Origin: an uncultured Oscillospiraceae bacterium
Lineage (GTDB): Bacteria > Bacillota > Clostridia > Oscillospirales > Ruminococcaceae
DNA length: 52,968 nt
Direction of reading: 5' to 3'
NCBI GenBank assembly: GCA_964371365.1
Contig: CAYJMO010000004.1
Span: 1-52,968 of the forward strand
Shown in pieces: positions 25,223 through 32,911 of this stretch; position 1 is the stretch's first letter, and the number at the start of each line of letters is the position of its first letter. The notes beneath the pieces were generated by a model that made no database searches, had not been told where the DNA came from, and saw only the letters and a program-made list of their open reading frames with translations. Position numbers and translations under genes: made by a program.

Positions 25223-26590
25223 ATGAGCAAATTTACAAAGAAATTATTGGCGTTATTGTTGGTTGCGGCATTGAGTGTAACCATACTTGCGAGCTGCCAA
25301 GCAGAAGCACCTGCCGAAGATTCCGGCGCAGCGACCGAGGCACCTGCTGAGGACAGTGTTGAAGAAGCACCGGCTGCCGATGGCGAGTTGGAAGTTATCG
25401 AGTTTTGGAACGGCGGCACAGAAGATCCCGGCAAATCCCAGTGGGAATATGCGGTAAACAAATTTAATGCAGAAAATGCAGATACCGGATATACCGTTAA
25501 TATGGTTGCTACCTTAAATGACACCTACAAACAGGATTTGGTTATCGCCATGAGTTCCGGTCAGGCACCTGACATGTATCACACCTGGTCGGGCGGACCC
25601 ATGATCGAGTACATTGAGTCCGGATTTGGTGTACCGATTACCGACAAGTTCGAGGCAGCCGGCATGAACGACATCTATATGGAGGCCGCCATCGCACAGT
25701 CCACCTACAATGGTGAAATCTATGCAATCCCGGTTCGTGAGGCAGCTGTTGCAGGTATTTATTACAATACCGAGATTTTTGCCGAGTTGGGATTAGAAGA
25801 ACCCACAACAATTGCCGAGCTTGAAACTATTGCCGATACCTTGATTGCAAACGACATCGTTCCTTTTGCTCTGGCTAATTCATCTAAATGGACAGGTTCC
25901 ATGTACTTCATGTATTTTGCCACCCGCCATGGCGGACTGGAACCCTTTAACGCAGCCGTTGACGGCTCCGGTTCCTTTGTAAACGACAGCTTCATCTATG
26001 CCGGTGAGAAAATCCAGGAGTGGGTAGAAAGAGGATTCTTCCCAGAGGGTGTAAACGGTCTTAGCGAGGATGACAAGCAATCTACATCAATGTTCTACAG
26101 CGAAGAAGCCGCAATGAAACTCATCGGTTCTTGGGATGGGGCTACCTACAAGAACGACAGCGAAGAGTTCTACAGCAAAGTTGACTGGTTTGAGTTCCCT
26201 GCTCTGGAGAGCAACCCTGATACAGCTGATCTCGTTGTTGGTACCGTCGGTGGTAACTTTATCACCTTTAACTGCGAAGGTGAAAAATTGGATGCGGCGT
26301 TCCAGTGCGCAACCTACTACACCGATCAAGAATATTTTGACATGATGGTTGATGCCGGTAACACACTGCCAATCGACGGAATTGAATACGCCGATCCGAT
26401 GGTACAACAAATTGCCGATGCTTTAAACGAGTCAAACGGCGTTCAGCTGTGGTATGACCAATACCTACCTCCGCTGGTATCGGAAGCGCATAAAAACGAA
26501 TCCTTTAAACTGTTTGACTTCACAGCCACACCGGAAGAAGTTGCACAGGCACACCAAGATGCTATGGAAGAGTACCGTTCGCAACAGTAA
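25223..26590 (+). CDS. Sugar ABC transporter substrate-binding lipoprotein (family 1 SBP)
   Basis: Signal peptide with lipobox LASC, then an acidic linker (AEAPAEDSGAATEAPAEDS). GGAGGA SD lies 8 nt before ATG 25223. Confidence 0.85.
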   Translation: MSKFTKKLLALLLVAALSVTILASCQAEAPAEDSGAATEAPAEDSVEEAPAADGELEVIEFWNGGTEDPGKSQWEYAVNKFNAENADTGYTVNMVATLNDTYKQDLVIAMSSGQAPDMYHTWSGGPMIEYIESGFGVPITDKFEAAGMNDIYMEAAIAQSTYNGEIYAIPVREAAVAGIYYNTEIFAELGLEEPTTIAELETIADTLIANDIVPFALANSSKWTGSMYFMYFATRHGGLEPFNAAVDGSGSFVNDSFIYAGEKIQEWVERGFFPEGVNGLSEDDKQSTSMFYSEEAAMKLIGSWDGATYKNDSEEFYSKVDWFEFPALESNPDTADLVVGTVGGNFITFNCEGEKLDAAFQCATYYTDQEYFDMMVDAGNTLPIDGIEYADPMVQQIADALNESNGVQLWYDQYLPPLVSEAHKNESFKLFDFTATPEEVAQAHQDAMEEYRSQQ

Positions 26591-26608
26591 ACCGCGATAT
26601 AACATTAT

Positions 26609-26644
26609 AAATAAAGAGGTACTGATTTCAGTACTTCTTTATTT
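26609..26644 (+). terminator. Intercistronic hairpin/attenuator after the SBP gene
   Basis: A 16-bp stem: AAATAAAGAGGTACTG / CAGTACTTCTTTATTT (one G-T pair) with a 4-nt loop. This is a common device for raising SBP:permease expression ratios. Confidence 0.5.
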
Positions 26645-26674
26645 GTAACAAAACCCATATTGGAGAGTATTCTT

Positions 26675-27580
26675 ATGAATAAGCAACTTACTTCGCTTGC
26701 TAAGCGTCGTCAACGTTCTGTAGGAATTGCGGCTGCAGTTTTTTTAGCTCCTGTTATTATATTGATTGCAGTTTTTATCGTCTATCCCATCATCGATACC
26801 TTTAATATCAGCATGTATAGCTGGAACGGCATCGAGCCGGAAAAAGATTTTGTGGGACTTTCAAACTGGCAAAAATTAATTGTTGATGCCGATTTTTGGA
26901 ATGCATTTAAAAACAACCTATGGATTATGGTATTATCCATAGCAATTCAGTTACCTGTCGGGTTGGCACTTGCAACATTTTTGGATTTTGGGGGCAAGAA
27001 AACAAAAATGTTTAAGATTGCATGGTTCGTGCCGTTGTTGATGTCCTCCGTTGCTATCGGATTTCTGTTCCGATACGCTTTGGCGGTTAACGGTGGAATT
27101 ATTTCGGGATTTTCCGAGCTGTTTGGCGGCGGAAAGGTAGACCTGCTCGGCGATCCTGACCGAATACTGTTTACCGTTATAGGTGTTATCTGCTGGCAGT
27201 TTATACCATTTTATATGGTTTATTTTATGGCAGGATACACCGGAATCTCCTTTGATGTTTACGAGGCCTCCATCATAGACGGAGCAAATAGAGGACAATA
27301 TTTTTGGCGTATTGCACTGCCACTGTTGTTACCTGCGATGCGCAGTGCTGCAATTTTATCCTTAGTCGGTTCACTCAAATACTTCGATTTAGTCTGGGCA
27401 ATGTCGGGAGGCAACCCCAGCAACTCCACGGAATTAATGGCAACCTATATGTACAAAAATTCATTTATTAGATTTAATATGGGTTACGGTTCCGCGGTTG
27501 CGGGCGGTATGTTTATCTTGATTTCGGTTATTGCGTTGGTTACAATGCGTCTACTCAACCGCAAGAAAGACGAGGTTTAA
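26675..27580 (+). CDS. Sugar ABC transporter permease (MalF/UgpA-like)
   Basis: Six TM segments and the EAA loop YEASIIDGANRGQYFWRIALPLL. ATG 26675 follows GGAGAG. Confidence 0.85.
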   Translation: MNKQLTSLAKRRQRSVGIAAAVFLAPVIILIAVFIVYPIIDTFNISMYSWNGIEPEKDFVGLSNWQKLIVDADFWNAFKNNLWIMVLSIAIQLPVGLALATFLDFGGKKTKMFKIAWFVPLLMSSVAIGFLFRYALAVNGGIISGFSELFGGGKVDLLGDPDRILFTVIGVICWQFIPFYMVYFMAGYTGISFDVYEASIIDGANRGQYFWRIALPLLLPAMRSAAILSLVGSLKYFDLVWAMSGGNPSNSTELMATYMYKNSFIRFNMGYGSAVAGGMFILISVIALVTMRLLNRKKDEV

Positions 27581-27582
27581 AG

Positions 27583-28431
27583 ATGAATAAATATGCTAAA
27601 TCTAAAATAAAGAGTTATATCTCCTGGACGATTGCAATTATTTTGGCGATATTCTGGTTATTTGTGACATTTTTGCCCTTCTTCTTTATGGTATCCTCCT
27701 CTTTAAAAGAACAGTTTGAGTTAATGACAAGCGGTGTGTTCACCCTACCGGAATCACTTTATTTTGAAAACTATCAAACGGTTTTCGAGGGACCTTTTCT
27801 TACTTTTTTCAGTAACAGCGTAATTGTTTTGACGGTATCGTTGAGTTTACTGCTGTTTATATCTGCATGCGCCTCCTATCCGCTATCACGCTTTAGGTTT
27901 AAGCTGTGTAAGCCGATATATGCCGGAATTGTTGCGGTCATGTCGGTGCCGATGCATATCACCCTTATTCCCGTGTTTAAGATGACTCAGAACATGGGTA
28001 CATACGATACAATCTGGGCGTTGATAGGACCTGCGATTGCATTTGCAACCCCAATTTCGGTTTTTATACTGACCTCCTTTATGTCCGGCATACCGAAGGA
28101 GCTGGAAGAGGCCGCGGAAATTGACGGCTGCGGAAAATATCGTAACTTCTTTCAGATAATACTTCCACTGTCTACACCCGGATTGTCTACGCTTGCTATC
28201 TATAACGGTGTCAACATCTGGAACGAGTATACCTTTGCAAACACATTGACACAAAACATTGAAAACCAAACACTACCGCTTGCAATATGGCAATATCAGG
28301 GGGAGTATACAATGAATATCCCTGTTATCATGGCGGTTTTAACCATGACCGTGCTACCCATGATAATAATGTTTATCATATTCCAAGAACGTCTGGTGAA
28401 GGGCATGATGGCAGGAGCGGTAAAAGGATAG
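27583..28431 (+). CDS. Sugar ABC transporter permease (MalG/UgpE-like)
   Basis: EAA loop EEAAEIDGCGKYRNFFQIILPLS. It starts 3 nt after the upstream stop. Confidence 0.85.
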   Translation: MNKYAKSKIKSYISWTIAIILAIFWLFVTFLPFFFMVSSSLKEQFELMTSGVFTLPESLYFENYQTVFEGPFLTFFSNSVIVLTVSLSLLLFISACASYPLSRFRFKLCKPIYAGIVAVMSVPMHITLIPVFKMTQNMGTYDTIWALIGPAIAFATPISVFILTSFMSGIPKELEEAAEIDGCGKYRNFFQIILPLSTPGLSTLAIYNGVNIWNEYTFANTLTQNIENQTLPLAIWQYQGEYTMNIPVIMAVLTMTVLPMIIMFIIFQERLVKGMMAGAVKG

Positions 28432-28449
28432 TTCAGGTAGTTTGACCTT

Positions 28450-28827
28450 TTAATGTTGTATTTCAAGCCTTAGATAAACCATGTCGATAAGCTGTTTTCC
28501 CCCCTCGTAAATCGGGTGATCATAGTTGTCGACGAAAAAATTTTCCACCCTCTTATACTGCACAAAACCGTATCTTTCATAAAAAGGCAAGGTTGTCGGG
28601 CTGTCTGCGGTGCCGACAATTAGGGTGGTAAATTCACTATAGCGCTCTATGATATAGTCTATAAGCCGCCGCCCATAACCCTGACCCTGATAACCCGGTG
28701 CGGTTGCAATGTTCTTTAACTCGAGAACGCCCTCTCCTTCGTCGGTTACGACGCATTCGCAGAGGGCGTTCTCGTTTTGAAATAACACATACATATCACC
28801 ACGGTCTAAATAACGGTCGATAGTCAT
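28450..28827 (-). CDS. GNAT family N-acetyltransferase
   Basis: 125 aa. Acetyl-CoA motif A is YQGQGYGRRLIDYI. Its SD and start lie inside the outer stem of structured element R1. Confidence 0.8.
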   Translation of the reverse strand: MTIDRYLDRGDMYVLFQNENALCECVVTDEGEGVLELKNIATAPGYQGQGYGRRLIDYIIERYSEFTTLIVGTADSPTTLPFYERYGFVQYKRVENFFVDNYDHPIYEGGKQLIDMVYLRLEIQH

Positions 28828-29036
28828 TCAACCCCGAAAAACGACATGAGATTACCGAGCAGAAATTTCGCCTATCAAGGCGGAGGATACGTACGCTACG
28901 CGCTGTTCCTTTAACAATCCACAGGATTGTTAATTTTGCCAAGGGCAAAACCGAAACATACTCCTGTATTCCGATTGACGACAACGCAGATAGACGGAAT
29001 TTCTGCCGGGAAGATGTGTTGGTTTTCGGGGTTGAA
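28827..29036. repeat. Structured intergenic element R1 (related to R2)
   Basis: Nested inverted repeats: 28827-28840/29023-29036 (14 bp) and 28859-28870/28995-29006 (12 bp including one G-T). There are inner hairpins at 28911-28933 and 28934-28950. Conserved blocks at 28876-28888 and 28966-28989 are shared with R2. Confidence 0.75.
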
Positions 29037-29112
29037 GGGCTATATTATGCTCTCCTGCTCGTCTGCAAGCAACAGCAGTTCCATATACCGTTTTTTCTCG
29101 TTTGTTATCTGT

Positions 29113-29748
29113 TTAATCAATGGGGTATCCATCGAAATAGATGTCGCACAGCTCCCTAATCTGTGTCTCGTACTTTTGCGAGCTGTCGTCCTTTATTCCA
29201 ACCACCTTGTAACCGGCATTTTTTGCGGTGGTGATAGCATAGAGTGAGTCCTCGAAGATATAGGTATCCTCCTTGGACGTGCCGAGGTGTGCGAGTGCTA
29301 TGTCATATACCTTGGGGCTGGTTTTGCCGATGCCCACCTCACCACAGCAGAAAATCTCGCTGAAAAAGAGCCGAACACCAAGCCTTTTGAGCGCCGCCTC
29401 GACTAAGTATCGATCTGTTAGCGTTGCTATGCACATGCCGACCCCTCTTTTTTCCAAATCCGATAAAAAATCGGCAACACCGGGTTTTAGCTGTACCGAT
29501 TTAAAAAACACCTCCTCAACGGTGGAGTTGATAAAATCTACAATCTCCTTTACCGTAGCCGTCGCACCATACTTATCGCGCATGACCTGTGCCATCTCAT
29601 GTATGGCAAGACCATAAAAGTCCTTGCGATCCGGCATGGCTATCTTGAACCTATCCACCGTCAAAAATGAAGTGGACTCAAAGTGTTTCATGGAATCGAG
29701 CAGTGTCCCGTCAAGGTCGAATATAGCGCCTTTTATTTCATCAAGCAT
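29113..29748 (-). CDS. HAD-superfamily hydrolase (subfamily IA, beta-phosphoglucomutase-like)
   Basis: Motif I is FDLDGTLLDS. A cap domain is present. Motif IV is FEDSLYAITTAKNAG. Confidence 0.8.
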   Translation of the reverse strand: MLDEIKGAIFDLDGTLLDSMKHFESTSFLTVDRFKIAMPDRKDFYGLAIHEMAQVMRDKYGATATVKEIVDFINSTVEEVFFKSVQLKPGVADFLSDLEKRGVGMCIATLTDRYLVEAALKRLGVRLFFSEIFCCGEVGIGKTSPKVYDIALAHLGTSKEDTYIFEDSLYAITTAKNAGYKVVGIKDDSSQKYETQIRELCDIYFDGYPID

Positions 29749-29819
29749 ATTAAATTATACTCCATCCTCTTGCAGTTTGCGGTAGCAATCACGTCGGCAT
29801 CGGTGCCGAGCAGATTTTT

Positions 29820-29844
29820 AAAGGGGACATCATCAGTCCCCTTT
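29820..29844 (-). terminator. Weak terminator-like hairpin after gatB
   Basis: AAAGGGGAC-(7 nt)-GTCCCCTTT. The U-tract on the minus strand is limited to the stem end (UUU, then AAAAAU). Confidence 0.35.
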
Positions 29845-29849
29845 AGTCA

Positions 29850-31265
29850 TCAGTCTGAAAGCCTCTTTAACATCATCTCATTCAGCTTGACCGGATTTGC
29901 TCTTGCTCCTGTGCGCTTCATCGCTTGACCTATCAGGGCGGCGAGGGCGTTTGTCTTGCCGGCACGGTAGTCGTTTGCCGACTTCTCGTTGTCGCGTAGA
30001 ACCTCGTTTACAATCCTTGCAATCTCGTTGTCGTCGTTTATCTGAGACAGCTCGTTTGTCTTCACATATTCACAGGGGTCAACACCGTCATCAAAAACCG
30101 CTTTTATCACCTTTTTGACCGTATTGCTGTTGATAATGTCATCGCAAAACATGTTGCTGATATCGGCGAGAATGTTCGGTGCGAGCGGGATATCTTCTTC
30201 ACCGCAAAGGCGCAACACCTCCACCGTCAACATGTTTGCGGCATGTTTCGGGTTGATGCAAAGGGGTGCGAGGCTCTCAAAATAGTCGGCACGAGCGCGC
30301 TCGGTCACGAGCAGTTCCGCCGTTGCTCCCTCGAGGGCATATTTCTCCATATACTCCCGTTTGCGCTGGTGAGGTAGTGTCGGTATCTCGGTTTTATACT
30401 GTTCAAGCTGTTCATCATTCAACGTAATAATAGGCAGATCCGGATCGGGGAAATAACGATAGTCGTTGGCATTCTCCTTTTTGCGCATGGAGAAGGTCTT
30501 GCCGGAATCGGCATCAAATCGTCGTGTCTCCTGCACAATGACCTCACCGCTCTCAAGCGCGTCTATCTGGCGTTTATATTCATAGTCTATAGCCTTGGCG
30601 ATAAAGGCAAAAGAATTGAGGTTTTTCATCTCGGTGCGCGTGCCGAATGGCTCGCCGGCTTTGCGTATCGACAGGTTGACATCACAGCGAAACGCCCCCT
30701 CCTGCATCTTGCACTCCGACACGCCGGTGTAGATGATGGTAGCGCGGAGCTTTTGCAGATAGGCGATTGCCTCCGCCGCCGAGCGGATATCCGGCTCGGA
30801 CACTATCTCGATTAGCGGCACACCACAGCGATTGCAGTCTATCATGGTGCCGTATTTCTCATCGTGGACGAGCTTGCCGGCATCCTCCTCGATATGTATC
30901 CTTGTTATGCCGATGCGCTTGTCACCATCCTCCGTCTCAATATCGACATGGCCGTGCTCACACAGCGGCAGGTCATACTGCGATATCTGATACGCCTTGG
31001 GCAGGTCGGGATAGAAATAGTTCTTCCTGTCCTGCTTTGATTTTTTTTGTATGGTGCAGTCGGTGGCAATGCCGACCTTGACGGCATACTCCATCACCTT
31101 TTCGTTCAGCACCGGCAGGGTGCCGGGCATACCCATGCAGACGGGGCAACACTGGGTGTTGGGCTCTGCGCCAAAATCGGTCTTGCAGGAGCAGAATATC
31201 TTTGTCTTGGTGGCAAGCTCGGTGTGAACCTCCAGCCCGATGACCATTTCGTAACCTTTTATCAT
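29850..31265 (-). CDS. gatB: Asp-tRNA(Asn)/Glu-tRNA(Gln) amidotransferase subunit B
   Basis: YEMVIGLEVHTEL...CPVCMGMPGTLPVLN...DCNRCGVPLIEIVSEPD, with a YqeY-like tail. Confidence 0.95.
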   Translation of the reverse strand: MIKGYEMVIGLEVHTELATKTKIFCSCKTDFGAEPNTQCCPVCMGMPGTLPVLNEKVMEYAVKVGIATDCTIQKKSKQDRKNYFYPDLPKAYQISQYDLPLCEHGHVDIETEDGDKRIGITRIHIEEDAGKLVHDEKYGTMIDCNRCGVPLIEIVSEPDIRSAAEAIAYLQKLRATIIYTGVSECKMQEGAFRCDVNLSIRKAGEPFGTRTEMKNLNSFAFIAKAIDYEYKRQIDALESGEVIVQETRRFDADSGKTFSMRKKENANDYRYFPDPDLPIITLNDEQLEQYKTEIPTLPHQRKREYMEKYALEGATAELLVTERARADYFESLAPLCINPKHAANMLTVEVLRLCGEEDIPLAPNILADISNMFCDDIINSNTVKKVIKAVFDDGVDPCEYVKTNELSQINDDNEIARIVNEVLRDNEKSANDYRAGKTNALAALIGQAMKRTGARANPVKLNEMMLKRLSD

Positions 31266-31290
31266 GGTTTTATCTCGTTCCTTTTTCTAC

Positions 31291-32736
31291 TTATACGCTC
31301 AAAAGTTGCTGTTCCAGTGCGTGGGCAAGTCCGTAGAGCCTCGGCTCACTGTTCATGTCCCCTATCAGCTGTACCCCGATGGGCAGACCGCTCTTGTCTA
31401 AAGCGCAGGGCAGCGATATCGCAGGCACACCGGCGATGTTTATCGGCACGGAATAGATATCGCCGAGGTACATCTCGAGCGGATTCTTCGTCTTCTCCCC
31501 TATCTTATATGCGGTGGTGGGTGCAACCGGCGAGATAATGCAATCAAAATTTGCAAAGACGTTTGCATAGTCGCGTTTTATCAGGGTACGCACCTGCAAC
31601 GCCTTGTTGTAGTAGGCATCATAGTAGCCGGACGACAGCGCAAATGTTCCGAGCATAATGCGTCGCTGAACCTCCACACCAAATCCCTCACTGCGTGAAT
31701 TGCGATACATGTCCTCCAAACTCTCGGCGTCGTCGGAGCGGTAACCATAGCGTATACCGTCAAACCGCGCAAGATTGGAGGATGCCTCGGCAGAGGATAT
31801 GACATAGTAGGCGGAAAGGGCGTGCTCGAGATTCGGGAGCTTAACCTCCTCAACAATCGCACCGAGCTGTTCAAACGTTTTCGCCGCCGACAGTACCGCC
31901 GCTTTGACCTCGGGGTCGATGCCGTCCGCGAAAAAGTCGATGGGCAGACCTATTTTTTTACCCTTTATATCCCAACCGATAAGCTCGCTATAGTCGGGTC
32001 GAGTGCCGTTTATGCAGGTCGCGTCGTTCTCGTCCTCGCATGCGATTGCGCCGAGCACCGTCGCGTTGTCGGCAACCGTTCTTGTGAGCGGACCTATCTG
32101 GTCGAGCGACGAGGCAAAGGCGACCAGCCCAAAACGGGATACCGCGCCGTAGGTCGGTTTCATGCCGACCACTCCACAAAAGGCGGCGGGTTGGCGAATA
32201 GAGCCACCGGTGTCACTGCCGAGGGTGAAAGCCGCCATGCGTGCGGCGACCGCGGCGGCACTGCCACCGGAGGAACCACCCGGCACGCGCGATAGATCGA
32301 CCGGATTTTTCACCGGCTTAAAATAGGAGTTCTCGTTGGAAGAGCCCATTGCAAACTCATCCATATTTAATTTCCCGAGGGTGATTGCACGATGTTTTTT
32401 CAGCTGTTCCACCACCGTTGCATCATAGCAGGGGACAAAATCTTCAAGCATCCGGGAGGCACAGGTAGTTTTTATACTATCAGTACAAATATTATCTTTT
32501 ATACCACAAGGAATACCTCCGAGCGGTGATAAGTCCGCACCGTCCGCTATAATGCCGTCCACCTCGTCGGCAGTTTGCAGTGCGAGGTCGGCGGTGACGG
32601 TGAGATAGGCGCCAATGTCGCCATCTGCTCCCTCGATATTTTCAAGATAATCGCTCACAATTTCACGGGAGGAAAAATCCTTTTTGCGCAGTCCCTCGCC
32701 GAGCTCTTTTATGTTAAGGTCGTATAACTTTGACAT
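31291..32736 (-). CDS. gatA: Asp-tRNA(Asn)/Glu-tRNA(Gln) amidotransferase subunit A
   Basis: Amidase signature GGSSGGSAAAVAA and GSDTGGSIRQPAAFCG. Confidence 0.95.
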   Translation of the reverse strand: MSKLYDLNIKELGEGLRKKDFSSREIVSDYLENIEGADGDIGAYLTVTADLALQTADEVDGIIADGADLSPLGGIPCGIKDNICTDSIKTTCASRMLEDFVPCYDATVVEQLKKHRAITLGKLNMDEFAMGSSNENSYFKPVKNPVDLSRVPGGSSGGSAAAVAARMAAFTLGSDTGGSIRQPAAFCGVVGMKPTYGAVSRFGLVAFASSLDQIGPLTRTVADNATVLGAIACEDENDATCINGTRPDYSELIGWDIKGKKIGLPIDFFADGIDPEVKAAVLSAAKTFEQLGAIVEEVKLPNLEHALSAYYVISSAEASSNLARFDGIRYGYRSDDAESLEDMYRNSRSEGFGVEVQRRIMLGTFALSSGYYDAYYNKALQVRTLIKRDYANVFANFDCIISPVAPTTAYKIGEKTKNPLEMYLGDIYSVPINIAGVPAISLPCALDKSGLPIGVQLIGDMNSEPRLYGLAHALEQQLLSV

Positions 32737-32750
32737 CTATTATTTCCTTT

Positions 32751-32911
32751 ATACTAATCTCGGGTAAAAATATGCCCAAATTCACAGTAATTTTTGTTCA
32801 CTGCAAGGCGGAGGATTGAGTAATACTAACGTATTGCGATTGACGACAACACAGCAGTGGGCAAAAATAACAAAGAAGTGGGGTGTATTTTTGCCCGAGA
32901 TTAGTATTACT
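32751..32911. repeat. Structured intergenic element R2 between aspS-gatC and gatA (related to R1)
   Basis: 22-nt arms at 32751-32772 and 32886-32907 match at 21 of 22 positions (the exception is T-G). An alternative 11-bp pairing joins 32819-32829 with 32901-32911. There is an inner hairpin at 32859-32869/32886-32896. Conserved blocks lie at 32804-32816 and 32831-32854. Confidence 0.75.

Noticed and set aside
28796-29247. ORFs 28796-28984(-), 28927-29247(+) and 32798-33043(-) covering elements R1 and R2.
   Set aside because: The sequence blocks shared by R1 and R2 fall in different reading frames in the two copies, so conservation is at nucleotide level, not protein level. No SDs are present, and the ORFs overlap flanking genes.
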